Below are positions 8,435 to 16,439 of a DNA stretch of 57,624 nucleotides, piece after piece. The notes below the pieces were generated by a model that was not told where the DNA came from, did no database searches, and saw only the letters and a list, made by a program, of their open reading frames with translations. Numbering within the stretch: position 1 is the first letter of the stretch; each line of letters begins with the position of its first letter. Position numbers and translations under genes: made by a program. The stretch lies in IMG/VR virus record IMGVR_UViG_3300030397_000335, positions 1 through 57,624 of that record. One strand, given 5' to 3'. The stretch is from a virus (lineage: Duplodnaviria; Caudoviricetes).

Positions 8435-8863
8435 ATGCCGATATATAAACCCTGTGAGGAATGTGGGACTATTTATCCTGCTCGCCCCTACCGCGTACGC
8501 CAAGGAAAAGCCCGATTTTGTAGCCGCGCCTGCCTTGCTAGGTGGATCGCCCGTGAAGTAACACCCAAAAGGGATCAGCGAGGAGATAAAAACCCAAACT
8601 GGAAAGGCGGAATATCCCAGAACCATTACCACTATAAGAAGCTTCAGAAGGAGCGCTACCCAGAGCGGGTAGAAGCAAGACGCAAGGTTCTGAGAGCTGT
8701 TCAGTCTGGCAGGTTAACACGTCTCCCCTGTCAAGATTGTGGGTCTACTGAAAATATCCAGGGGCACCACGAAGACTATTCAAAACCCCTCGAAGTTGTC
8801 TGGCTGTGCGCAAGCTGCCACCGCAGCAGACACGATGGGATGAAGTTCAACAAGGCAGCCTAA
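8435..8863 (+). CDS. Zn-finger/HNH-like endonuclease (142 aa)
   Basis: CEECG...FCSRAC, NPNWKGG, CQDCG...HHEDY.KPLEVVWLC.SCH; real start ATG 8435 inside the tracked 7043-8863 ORF. Confidence 0.85.
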   Translation: MPIYKPCEECGTIYPARPYRVRQGKARFCSRACLARWIAREVTPKRDQRGDKNPNWKGGISQNHYHYKKLQKERYPERVEARRKVLRAVQSGRLTRLPCQDCGSTENIQGHHEDYSKPLEVVWLCASCHRSRHDGMKFNKAA

Positions 8864-8951
8864 ACCCCTAAAACCATGACCACAGTAATCGTAATCCTAA
8901 TCGTGGGATGGGGATTAATCCTGCACAGAGATCTGAATGAGATCAAAAAAG

Positions 8952-9197
8952 CTATAGAAAAGAATCAGTCTCCTCCCCTGCCCCATAGTGCTCCCAGTAA
9001 CCAGGAACGTCAATCTCAATCAGCATGATGGCGCACCAGTGGCGTGCAGCCTCGTAGCTATCGGTGGTGAAGCCGCGGTCACCCCAGATCTCCCAATGGA
9101 GGCTATACCATCCCTGGCTGTGCTCGGTGGGCTCTGGGCGCTTTAGCTGGTGCTGCTGGCAGAAATCTATAACCTTGTCAACCTCTTCCCTAGTCAT
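8952..9197 (-). CDS. Hypothetical protein
   Basis: 81 aa ATG ORF filling a gap. Confidence 0.55.
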   Translation of the reverse strand: MTREEVDKVIDFCQQHQLKRPEPTEHSQGWYSLHWEIWGDRGFTTDSYEAARHWCAIMLIEIDVPGYWEHYGAGEETDSFL

Positions 9198-9255
9198 CGA
9201 TATGCATATTAGATGAGGAAAGAAGATAAAGCCGCGAGGGGCTGTTTCAAATTAT

Positions 9256-9477
9256 ATGAAAGAGATTACTGACCTAACAAAATTAAACGAGTGGGTTCTA
9301 GGTGCTGAGATGCTATGTGCAATAAGAGAAGAAAGATATAGAGCAGCAGAGCGAATAAGGCTAGAAATCAAAAGAAGAATTGATAATGGCTCTATTGATG
9401 GACAGCTTTTTGGCGAAATGGTAAGAAGTAATAAATTCTCTGATACCATTGATCCGGTGTGTTTCTTTCAGGAGTAA
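9256..9477 (+). CDS. Hypothetical protein (UVR-like helical hairpin)
   Basis: AIREERYRAAERIRLEI pattern. Confidence 0.55.
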   Translation: MKEITDLTKLNEWVLGAEMLCAIREERYRAAERIRLEIKRRIDNGSIDGQLFGEMVRSNKFSDTIDPVCFFQE

Positions 9478-9491
9478 AATCAGCTAGATAG

Positions 9492-9872
9492 ATGAACAAA
9501 GTAATATCAGAAATCAAAGTACTTAGGAAGCGGATCAGTGAAAAGCTTGCTCAGAAAAAGGCACAACTAGCCAAAGTCAAGGAAGAACAGCGTGCACTTG
9601 CGGTTATCGAATCTGATTTAGAGAAGCTTCAAGAACGGGAGAAAGATTTATCTGTTGAGCGCCCAATTGGTGTAATAGATCATGCTGTTCTCAGATACAT
9701 AGAGCGAATTGATGGTGTGGACGTAAAAGCTGCTAAGTCTAAGGTTCTCCCCGAAGACCACCCAATTCGAGAAGCAATAAAAACTCTTGGTGGATCAGGT
9801 ACCTTTCCTATTGGCACATCTCACAGTATCGTGATGAAAAACTGGAAAGTGGTTACAGTAATCCCGCAATAG
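9492..9872 (+). CDS. Coiled-coil protein with a RelE/DUF4258-like C-terminal domain
   Basis: N-terminal coiled coil; DHAVLRYIER...VVTV. Confidence 0.65.
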   Translation: MNKVISEIKVLRKRISEKLAQKKAQLAKVKEEQRALAVIESDLEKLQEREKDLSVERPIGVIDHAVLRYIERIDGVDVKAAKSKVLPEDHPIREAIKTLGGSGTFPIGTSHSIVMKNWKVVTVIPQ

Positions 9873-9946
9873 TAAAGCCCCCACCCCACCCGCTGGCTAG
9901 CAGTGGCAGAATGAGGGCTTGTGGTGGTTGAGTTAAATGTGACCTG

Positions 9947-10138
9947 TTAAGCTTTGGATCTTTGGCGTTCCCATCTCTTTCGATGGGTAGCATTCTGAAA
10001 CTTCTTACCAGCGCGGGGGCTTACGATTGCTTCACCACATCCACACTGACACGTTGAGTACTTGCGCTTTCTGCGCCTGGTCTTACGAGGTTTGCGAGTA
10101 GAAACCTTTACGGTACTACTCCCCTCCCCTGCCTCTAC
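9947..10138 (-). CDS. Predicted -1 frameshift extension (63 aa, basic, CQCGCG...H) of the 10135-11106 protein
   Basis: Open -1 frame after A_AAA_AAG with no start codon of its own. Confidence 0.65.
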   Translation of the reverse strand, partial: VEAGEGSSTVKVSTRKPRKTRRRKRKYSTCQCGCGEAIVSPRAGKKFQNATHRKRWERQRSKA

Positions 10139-11106
10139 TTTTTTGTAGTCTTCTTGGTGCCTTTAGGCTTATATCCCTCAATGTGCTTGCCTACTTCTTT
10201 TCTTCTTGCTTCCACCTGTGCAACAGCTTGATCTTTAGCCTCCCCCCATCCCCAAAAGGTACCATACAGCGATGCGATTACTGAAACCTTCATCCGGTGA
10301 ATCTTGGTAGCTAGACTACCCATAAGCCGCGCTTTCTCTTCAGATTTGATCTTATCTAAGGGTGCTTGTTGTCTGCTCATCGCTTCAGCGTGTTTCCTTT
10401 TCTCCTCTATCGACGATAACACCCTTGACCTGCGCTTCTTGGTGTTTAGTAGTTCCATGCTCTTAGCAACCAGAACTACAACAGGCCCCGTAAGCGGCGC
10501 GAAGATCATGAAGTAGAACTGAGCGAAGTCCTGATTGAACCGCACAAACCCACCTCCTAGTTCATCAAGAAAGACCCATACCATCATTGCAACAACGACA
10601 AACTTATCTATACCGTTGAAGGCTCCCGCCTTCAGTCCGTCGTAAGCCGTTTTCAGGAACCACGCCCCCACTATAAGACCTATACTCGTGGAGATTGCCC
10701 ATACCCAGTTAAGCCAATCAAGCGCGGGATCTGTGAAGGCTTTGTGCTGGAATGCATACGATATACCCATCGTGCATCCAGCGATGATTATCGCAACGAT
10801 GCCCCAATTACCAATCCAGTTGAATGACTTGTACGCCTTTTCAACCTTGCTCTTGTTCGCGTTAGAAAACTCCTCTGCTTCCTGTGTCGCTTCGGCTACT
10901 AGTTCGTCTGATGTTTTGGGCTTTTTGTAGGCCGATCCGTCAGCCTTAAGAATTGTACCTGCCCCCTGACCGTGGAGCTTTACTTGTTGTCCTGGCTTAA
11001 CCTTGAAGCCGTCGTTAATCGTGATTGTGGGTGTGCTCGTTTGTCCGTCTCCTCCTGTTTTTTCGAGGTCACGATTTAGCTTTCTAGATGATTCAAAGAA
11101 AGACAC
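10135..11106 (-). CDS. Multi-pass membrane protein with a basic coiled-coil tail
   Basis: About 4 hydrophobic segments; SD GGAGGA before the GTG start. Confidence 0.85.
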   Translation of the reverse strand: MSFFESSRKLNRDLEKTGGDGQTSTPTITINDGFKVKPGQQVKLHGQGAGTILKADGSAYKKPKTSDELVAEATQEAEEFSNANKSKVEKAYKSFNWIGNWGIVAIIIAGCTMGISYAFQHKAFTDPALDWLNWVWAISTSIGLIVGAWFLKTAYDGLKAGAFNGIDKFVVVAMMVWVFLDELGGGFVRFNQDFAQFYFMIFAPLTGPVVVLVAKSMELLNTKKRRSRVLSSIEEKRKHAEAMSRQQAPLDKIKSEEKARLMGSLATKIHRMKVSVIASLYGTFWGWGEAKDQAVAQVEARRKEVGKHIEGYKPKGTKKTTKK

Positions 11107-11120
11107 TGGGGATATCCTCC

Positions 11121-11304
11121 TGCGGTTAACTTAACCGCATCCTTAAATTCCCGTACCGCCCCACTTTTGCACGTCTCGAAAACGTCCGAAGCATTTGTAG
11201 GGAGCTACCCTAAAAGAGGCTCACGGAAGCGAGACGAATACGGGATAATCAAAGATAAATTCAGCCACGGTCTTTACGTCTGCCGTGACCTATTCGAGAT
11301 TGCA
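11121..11304 (-). promoter_or_regulatory. Structured 5' leader RNA
   Basis: Nested inverted repeats TCCCGTA/TACGGGA, CGTCTCG/CGAGACG, TAGGG/CCCTA; hairpin TGCGGTTAA-C-TTAACCGCA next to the SD. Confidence 0.55.
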
Positions 11305-11417
11305 GAAATGTAATATGCACACCAAGAAATAGAGTTGCAAACTGTCACGCCTTGTGCTGGCTAAATGTCACGGATTACAACTAGCTGCTTTAAGATGGAA
11401 AAGCGTGACATCTTAGC

Positions 11418-11666
11418 TTACACCAACCACCCCTTAGCCAACAGCCACACAGCGACCCAAAGTGTTAGAGTTATGAGCACCATCCCGATCCCCATGTACA
11501 CGGCTTCAGGTGGCATGAGAGGTACTTTTTTGTCAACAATTACGTAACGCTCGTGAGCGTAAGACATACGGGAAAGCACCTTGTGTTTCGGGACGTGTAC
11601 GAGCGTACCGTCTTCCTGTATTTCGTACACGTCGCCAATTATCTTGTACCTGGATATGTCATCCAT
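11418..11666 (-). CDS. Small protein with a C-terminal TM helix
   Basis: 82 aa; hydrophobic C-terminus. Confidence 0.6.
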   Translation of the reverse strand: MDDISRYKIIGDVYEIQEDGTLVHVPKHKVLSRMSYAHERYVIVDKKVPLMPPEAVYMGIGMVLITLTLWVAVWLLAKGWLV

Positions 11667-11722
11667 AGAGGGGTGCGCTTTTCAGGGCGCATTCGTGAGA
11701 GGGGAGGGAAGTGCTTGCAGTG

Positions 11723-12556
11723 TTACTCAGCGCGTTCAGCGCTCATGTAAACCTTGTTGCTTCTTACTGTAAACTTTAGCCACCAGCCGCCAAGGGGCTT
11801 GGGAGGAAATTCCTTTTCGTTAGCCCATCCCATAGCGCCCGTGCCGATCTCGTCTTTGTAGGTAGGGCACTGGATGTGAAGCTGCTTCTTGTGACCGATC
11901 TTGTGCTGGTCATTGAGTGAGAATTGCTGGTTTTCTAGTACCCACGATTCGTGTATGTGACCTGATACCACAATATCGACATCGCGCACTATTGTTGCTC
12001 TGCGGTTGTGCTTACCAACGCCCTTGGTTACAGGGCCGCCGCCGCTGAAGCATCCTAGATTCCTGCATAGCATCTTAATCATGTCCACGTTGTTGCGCTT
12101 AAGTACGCTGGTCTCATGGTTGCCGTAGCCGATGACAGCTATGAGGTGTTTGTAAGGATCAAGGAACTCAATCGCATCTTCTAGTATCGCCCCGAAATAG
12201 TCGTCCGTCTTGTACTGGGGGAGGAGAGCGTCATAAGACTTGCGTGGATCATACTTCCCCTGCATGAGACATAGCAGGTCACCATGTATGATAATAGGCG
12301 CTTGGCGCTCTAGTGCCTGGTCTAAGTGCTTCTTGAAGAGTGTCCGGTTGCAATTGGCGTTATCGAAGTGAACGTCAGAAGCTAGAAGTATATACTGCTC
12401 CCAGCCTGACTTGTGATTCATGCGAATTACATGGACATTCTCGCTTTTCTCCTCAATACTCCACGGCAGTTGGCTCGCCTTTTGTGTATCTGTTGTCTGT
12501 AATGCTTCCGCGTCGGCAAGTTTAGGGTCTTGTCGGCGCTTTTTATTTCTTGCCAC
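11723..12556 (-). CDS. Calcineurin-like metallophosphoesterase
   Basis: SDVH, GD, GNHE and GHIH motifs. Confidence 0.85.
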   Translation of the reverse strand: MARNKKRRQDPKLADAEALQTTDTQKASQLPWSIEEKSENVHVIRMNHKSGWEQYILLASDVHFDNANCNRTLFKKHLDQALERQAPIIIHGDLLCLMQGKYDPRKSYDALLPQYKTDDYFGAILEDAIEFLDPYKHLIAVIGYGNHETSVLKRNNVDMIKMLCRNLGCFSGGGPVTKGVGKHNRRATIVRDVDIVVSGHIHESWVLENQQFSLNDQHKIGHKKQLHIQCPTYKDEIGTGAMGWANEKEFPPKPLGGWWLKFTVRSNKVYMSAERAE

Positions 12557-12582
12557 TTTTCCGTACGGGCTTATGAGAGTAG

Positions 12583-12699
12583 CTAGTCTATAATCTCAGG
12601 CTGCTTCTTTCTTGCTGTGCTCATTAGCCATCCAATGAGGAAAGCCACGATACACCACACAACAAGGGCCGCAGCCCCTATGGGTATCCATGGAGGCAT
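12583..12699 (-). CDS. Small membrane peptide (38 aa)
   Basis: MPPWIPIGAAALVVWCIVAFLIGWLMSTARKKQPEIID. Confidence 0.6.
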   Translation of the reverse strand: MPPWIPIGAAALVVWCIVAFLIGWLMSTARKKQPEIID

Positions 12700-12701
12700 G
12701 G

Positions 12702-12791
12702 TTACGCTGGTTTAGATTTGATGTACATGCGAAGCACTATCAATACCGCTGATATCAGCATGATTGTGCTTAATAGCTGCGCCCAGTTCAT
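12702..12791 (-). CDS. Small membrane peptide (29 aa)
   Basis: MNWAQLLSTIMLISAVLIVLRMYIKSKPA; strong SD GAGGAG. Confidence 0.55.
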   Translation of the reverse strand: MNWAQLLSTIMLISAVLIVLRMYIKSKPA

Positions 12792-12867
12792 TGTTTATCT
12801 CCTCGATCTTAACACACAACCAGGCAACGATCGCTGGTACTGCCGTTAAAAAGATTAGCTTTAGCAT
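12712..12867 (-). CDS. Small membrane peptide (51 aa)
   Basis: MLKLIFLTAVPAIVAWLCVKIEE...; overlaps the 29-aa ORF in another frame. Confidence 0.45.
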   Translation of the reverse strand: MLKLIFLTAVPAIVAWLCVKIEEINNELGAAIKHNHADISGIDSASHVHQI

Positions 12868-12942
12868 AGTAGGGTAGGGGTAGTGCCGGGTGTTATGTCC
12901 AACAGACCTGCGAAGAAACGCTAAGAAGTCCCAGCGCCACCC

Positions 12943-13572
12943 CTAGTTTGTAAATATCTTTTCCATCAGCTCTAGGATATCCCCAAAGCCGCCTGTAATG
13001 AATAGGTAGAATGATAGGAGCACGAAGAACAGCGCAGTAACTACGCCGCCAAGCCGCTTAGTCTTCCTAAGCTCTTTTAGTGCGCTAATTACAAAGCTTC
13101 CTGAAGTTGATTCGCTTTCTTCTTTCATCTTACCGTTGCTGTTCTTGAGGGGCTGGACAACTGCAATTGTTGTCCTAATTGTACCATCATCCTCACGGAT
13201 TACCATCACCTGAAGCACACCTGTTACCCTGTGCCCACGCTTGCTAATCCATGTCTTTGTGATCCAGTAGTCATTGCGATGACCGTCAATGATTTCCTGA
13301 AATAATTCTGTATCCCGTTCCTTGTCCTCGTCTGCGGTAATTTCCCTGAAGTGCATCTTCCTAAGCTCGTTTTCTGAGTACTCAAGAAGCCGTTCCAAAG
13401 CACGGTTGGCATGTACTGGCTTACCATCGAAGCCAACAATAGCCATTGGCACATCAAGCTTGTAAAAGACATCATCTAGAAATGCACCACCAAATGACGA
13501 TTTAAAGTTTGCTACCATTGTGGCAATGCCGGTTAGAATGGCGATCAGAAAACCACCATAGGGGGATGTCAT
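12943..13572 (-). CDS. Membrane-anchored PAS/PAC domain protein (TM-PAS-TM)
   Basis: F..LDVPMAIVGFDG....ANRAL.RLLEYS..EL....FREIT..ED...K.W..K.G...L.V.VIR..DG PAS S-box; hydrophobic N- and C-termini. Confidence 0.9.
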   Translation of the reverse strand: MTSPYGGFLIAILTGIATMVANFKSSFGGAFLDDVFYKLDVPMAIVGFDGKPVHANRALERLLEYSENELRKMHFREITADEDKERDTELFQEIIDGHRNDYWITKTWISKRGHRVTGVLQVMVIREDDGTIRTTIAVVQPLKNSNGKMKEESESTSGSFVISALKELRKTKRLGGVVTALFFVLLSFYLFITGGFGDILELMEKIFTN

Positions 13573-14063
13573 GTGTCACCTTTGAATCTATCCAGCTTTC
13601 CACGAAGCTCAGAGATAGTGTCTTCAAGCTTTTTCTTATCCTTCTCCAGATTATTGACAGTGCTTTCTAGAAGCTTGTAAGCCTCTAAAGCAGGGAATTT
13701 GATAAGGCTAAAAATGATCGGCCAAACAGCAATTGCAACAGGTACAGATATGCACGCCATAATGACTTTGGCAACTGCTACAGCAGGGTAGATACCATTG
13801 AAAACAGATACCACCAAGAGACCATGAACAATGCCACAAGACAGAATGAAAAGTCCAAAAGCAGGGATTATCCAACTTTTCTGTATATCGTGTCTTTTGT
13901 GGTAGAAGTAGACAAGGGCAATAAAGTCTGACAGGTAAGCAATGGTTGTCAGGCTATCACTTATGACGTAGCTCCAGAAAATCCACGGCTCCCACATGAA
14001 GCAGTGTCCGTGCGGCATATACATGCCCATTGTCTCGAATATTTCTCTTAAAGCCTCAATCAT
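13569..14063 (-). CDS. Stand-alone ethylene-receptor-like (ETR1-type) three-TM sensor domain with coiled coil
   Basis: MPHGHC..W, ISD...IAY, FGLFILSCGIVH (ETR1: FGAFIVLCGATH), AKV..A.IS. Confidence 0.85.
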   Translation of the reverse strand: MIEALREIFETMGMYMPHGHCFMWEPWIFWSYVISDSLTTIAYLSDFIALVYFYHKRHDIQKSWIIPAFGLFILSCGIVHGLLVVSVFNGIYPAVAVAKVIMACISVPVAIAVWPIIFSLIKFPALEAYKLLESTVNNLEKDKKKLEDTISELRGKLDRFKGDT

Positions 14064-15589
14064 TACCAGTTGGCAAACTTGGGAATTTCCATCCCGTTGT
14101 AACTATCAGGCATCGCGTCGATATCACCCTGGATGGCCCAGCGGTTATTGTTGCCGTTCGATGCATACCTGATGTTTATAAACTCGTTGTTACCGGAGTC
14201 GCCACGCGGTTCACGCTGCTTCTTGTAGTAGACAGCGCCATCAGCGTTACCGTGAATCTGTAGGTTCTCGAACGTGTACCCAGTCACCGACCCTTGTATC
14301 TGAAGACCTGAACCTTCCCAGCGGTTGTGAGCTTCATTCCAGAACTTCCTCGTCCCGCGTATCATCCCGTTAGCTACCACGCCGTTCTGTGAGTGGTGCT
14401 CTATATGCACGCCAAAGGTGCTGTTGTTGTCGATATGGAAGCCATCTAGCACCGTGGCGTAATTGTGTATGTCTAGCCAGAAGCCAGCGCCGTTGTTATT
14501 AACCGCTGTGTAGTCTTTGAATAGGCATTCATTAACGCCGTACTGACCCTTGAAGCCGCCAGCGTGCCAGAGCGGGTCAACGCCGTATCTCCAGACGTTG
14601 TGGGATGCTTCGCAGTCGATTACCTGCGTCTTATAAAGCCGCTCAGCAGCAATGCCCACGTGGCCGTGACGGTTAAAGAAGCACGACTGCACAAGATGGT
14701 TATTTCCGCGGAGTCTGATGCCTTCGCTCATGGAGTCGAGCACCATGAGGTTGGTCAGCTTCCAGAAGTCACTCTTTGTTGGCATGTGGATCGCTCCATG
14801 CACGCCAGTGTTCGCACAGTACTGGAGAACCAGGCCGTCTATCTCAACACCATCCGTATCGTCTGTAATCGTTTTCACTAGGTACTGAGAAATACCTAGC
14901 TCGACTCGCCCTGGAGTAGGGGTATCAGAAAACTTGGCCCACAATCCCTTTGGACTTTCGCTAGTGCCTTCTAAGAAGAACTCACCAGCGTTCAGCGTAC
15001 CAGCGCTATACACAGGCTGCATCGGTTTGCCATCCCACACCAGCATGTGTGGCTGCATAGCTGCACGGTGCGCGAGGCCGCGTGGAGAGGCTCCGTTACC
15101 GTGCTCATCAGCGCCATGCACGCGCTTGGCCTCGTGTTGATGGAACGTGTAAGAGAGCGGCTTAAACCACACCTCACCATTCTTTGTCCAGCCATCGCCC
15201 CAGTCAATCGTGCCCTTGATGCGTGCCTTATGCGGGTTGATAGCCTTGATTCTCGTACGTCCGCGTACCATAATGGGTTCGTAGTCGCCGTCCTTGAGCC
15301 AGATCTGCTGGCCGTTGGCATCATTAACCGCTTCCTGAGTATTGTCATCAGGGCCGATGGTGATGCCTTCACGCTGCGGAGGATTGGCAGGAGGCAGTTC
15401 GATTGGCGGGCCTGGTTCTATTGGCTTTGGCTCGATAGGTGGGGCGGGGGTGCTGCTCAGTATCTCCGCAACCCTACGTTTTAGGTCATCGATATCCGCC
15501 TCAACGTCAGAGATCCGTAATTCGTGGTTATCCACGCGCTGCTGTGATGCTAGCGGGTATGCTTTGCCGTCTGTGGTTATCTGGAGCAT
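14063..15589 (-). CDS. Right-handed parallel beta-helix protein (pectin-lyase-like fold)
   Basis: Repeating G.(I/F).. N-rich strands, GGFK, GFWLD, GVHIEH; N-terminal coiled coil and Pro-rich linker. Confidence 0.75.
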   Translation of the reverse strand: MLQITTDGKAYPLASQQRVDNHELRISDVEADIDDLKRRVAEILSSTPAPPIEPKPIEPGPPIELPPANPPQREGITIGPDDNTQEAVNDANGQQIWLKDGDYEPIMVRGRTRIKAINPHKARIKGTIDWGDGWTKNGEVWFKPLSYTFHQHEAKRVHGADEHGNGASPRGLAHRAAMQPHMLVWDGKPMQPVYSAGTLNAGEFFLEGTSESPKGLWAKFSDTPTPGRVELGISQYLVKTITDDTDGVEIDGLVLQYCANTGVHGAIHMPTKSDFWKLTNLMVLDSMSEGIRLRGNNHLVQSCFFNRHGHVGIAAERLYKTQVIDCEASHNVWRYGVDPLWHAGGFKGQYGVNECLFKDYTAVNNNGAGFWLDIHNYATVLDGFHIDNNSTFGVHIEHHSQNGVVANGMIRGTRKFWNEAHNRWEGSGLQIQGSVTGYTFENLQIHGNADGAVYYKKQREPRGDSGNNEFINIRYASNGNNNRWAIQGDIDAMPDSYNGMEIPKFANW

Positions 15590-15858
15590 TAATCAAAGCG
15601 GACATCTTTAATTGTCCACCCCTTAGAGTTTAATGGTTCTGTTACAGAATCATACCAGGCAGAAGTAACTTGCCACGGCTGCTCAGTTGTTGTTGGAGAC
15701 ACTGTTGGGTAGTACGTCCAGTTCAACTTGCTACCATATTTTAGATCAAGCAGGTTGTATAGCTCTTGAGCCTCATTGTCCGTTAATTCAAGTTTTCTAC
15801 TGTCTGAAATCTCGAATACTAATTTTGTCAGTTTTACTGGTTTGTTTTTCTTTGCCAT
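15589..15858 (-). CDS. Hypothetical protein
   Basis: 89 aa; TAATG overlaps. Confidence 0.7.
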   Translation of the reverse strand: MAKKNKPVKLTKLVFEISDSRKLELTDNEAQELYNLLDLKYGSKLNWTYYPTVSPTTTEQPWQVTSAWYDSVTEPLNSKGWTIKDVRFD

Positions 15859-16286
15859 TAGCTAACCGATTCTAAAACGTACAAGAGAAGCTCTTTAGTA
15901 AAGGCATCGCCTGGACAGGCTGTTTGCCGCTTCTCCCTATGCATAAAAATATCTTCGTGGGTCATGCCGTGGGCTTTCATCGTTGGTAGTATCCAGTCCC
16001 TACAAGCCTTCTGTAGCATTGGCAGGGGCGGGGGATCATTCATGAAGTTGCCCACAAAGCAGAATCCCGCCGCGCTGGTATTCATCCCTGGACAGTGAGC
16101 GCCGTTTTCCGTTAGTTTGCGACCGTACCGAATGACGAAACGGCCATCCACACGCTCAATCCCTGCATGGTAACCTATGTCTTTCCACCCGCGTTCTTCC
16201 TTATGAAAACGTCTGATAACTTCCCAGTTACTCTCCTCACCGTTTACCGTCGCTGAATGGTGTATTACGATGTGCCTGCAAACCAT
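15858..16286 (-). CDS. Endolysin, N-acetylmuramoyl-L-alanine amidase (Amidase_2)
   Basis: IVIHHSA, GW.DIGYH, GAHC, HRE...TACPG. Confidence 0.93.
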   Translation of the reverse strand: MVCRHIVIHHSATVNGEESNWEVIRRFHKEERGWKDIGYHAGIERVDGRFVIRYGRKLTENGAHCPGMNTSAAGFCFVGNFMNDPPPLPMLQKACRDWILPTMKAHGMTHEDIFMHREKRQTACPGDAFTKELLLYVLESVS

Positions 16287-16353
16287 ATACTACCTCGGTT
16301 TGTATGGCTTAATATACTGAAAATAAAGGATTTAAGCTTCCTTCAAAAAGTAA

Positions 16354-16429
16354 CCCCGCGCCCTGGATCTGCCCCCCAGCAAATAAGATCCGGTTGTGTA
16401 TGTGAGTATAACAACGATAGGGCGCGGGG
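16354..16429 (-). terminator. Branched hairpin/terminator between the holin-like gene and the endolysin
   Basis: 11-bp stem CCCCGCGCCCT/AGGGCGCGGGG enclosing two inner hairpins; T run follows on the minus strand. Confidence 0.55.
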
Positions 16430-16439
16430 ATGTCGTTGG

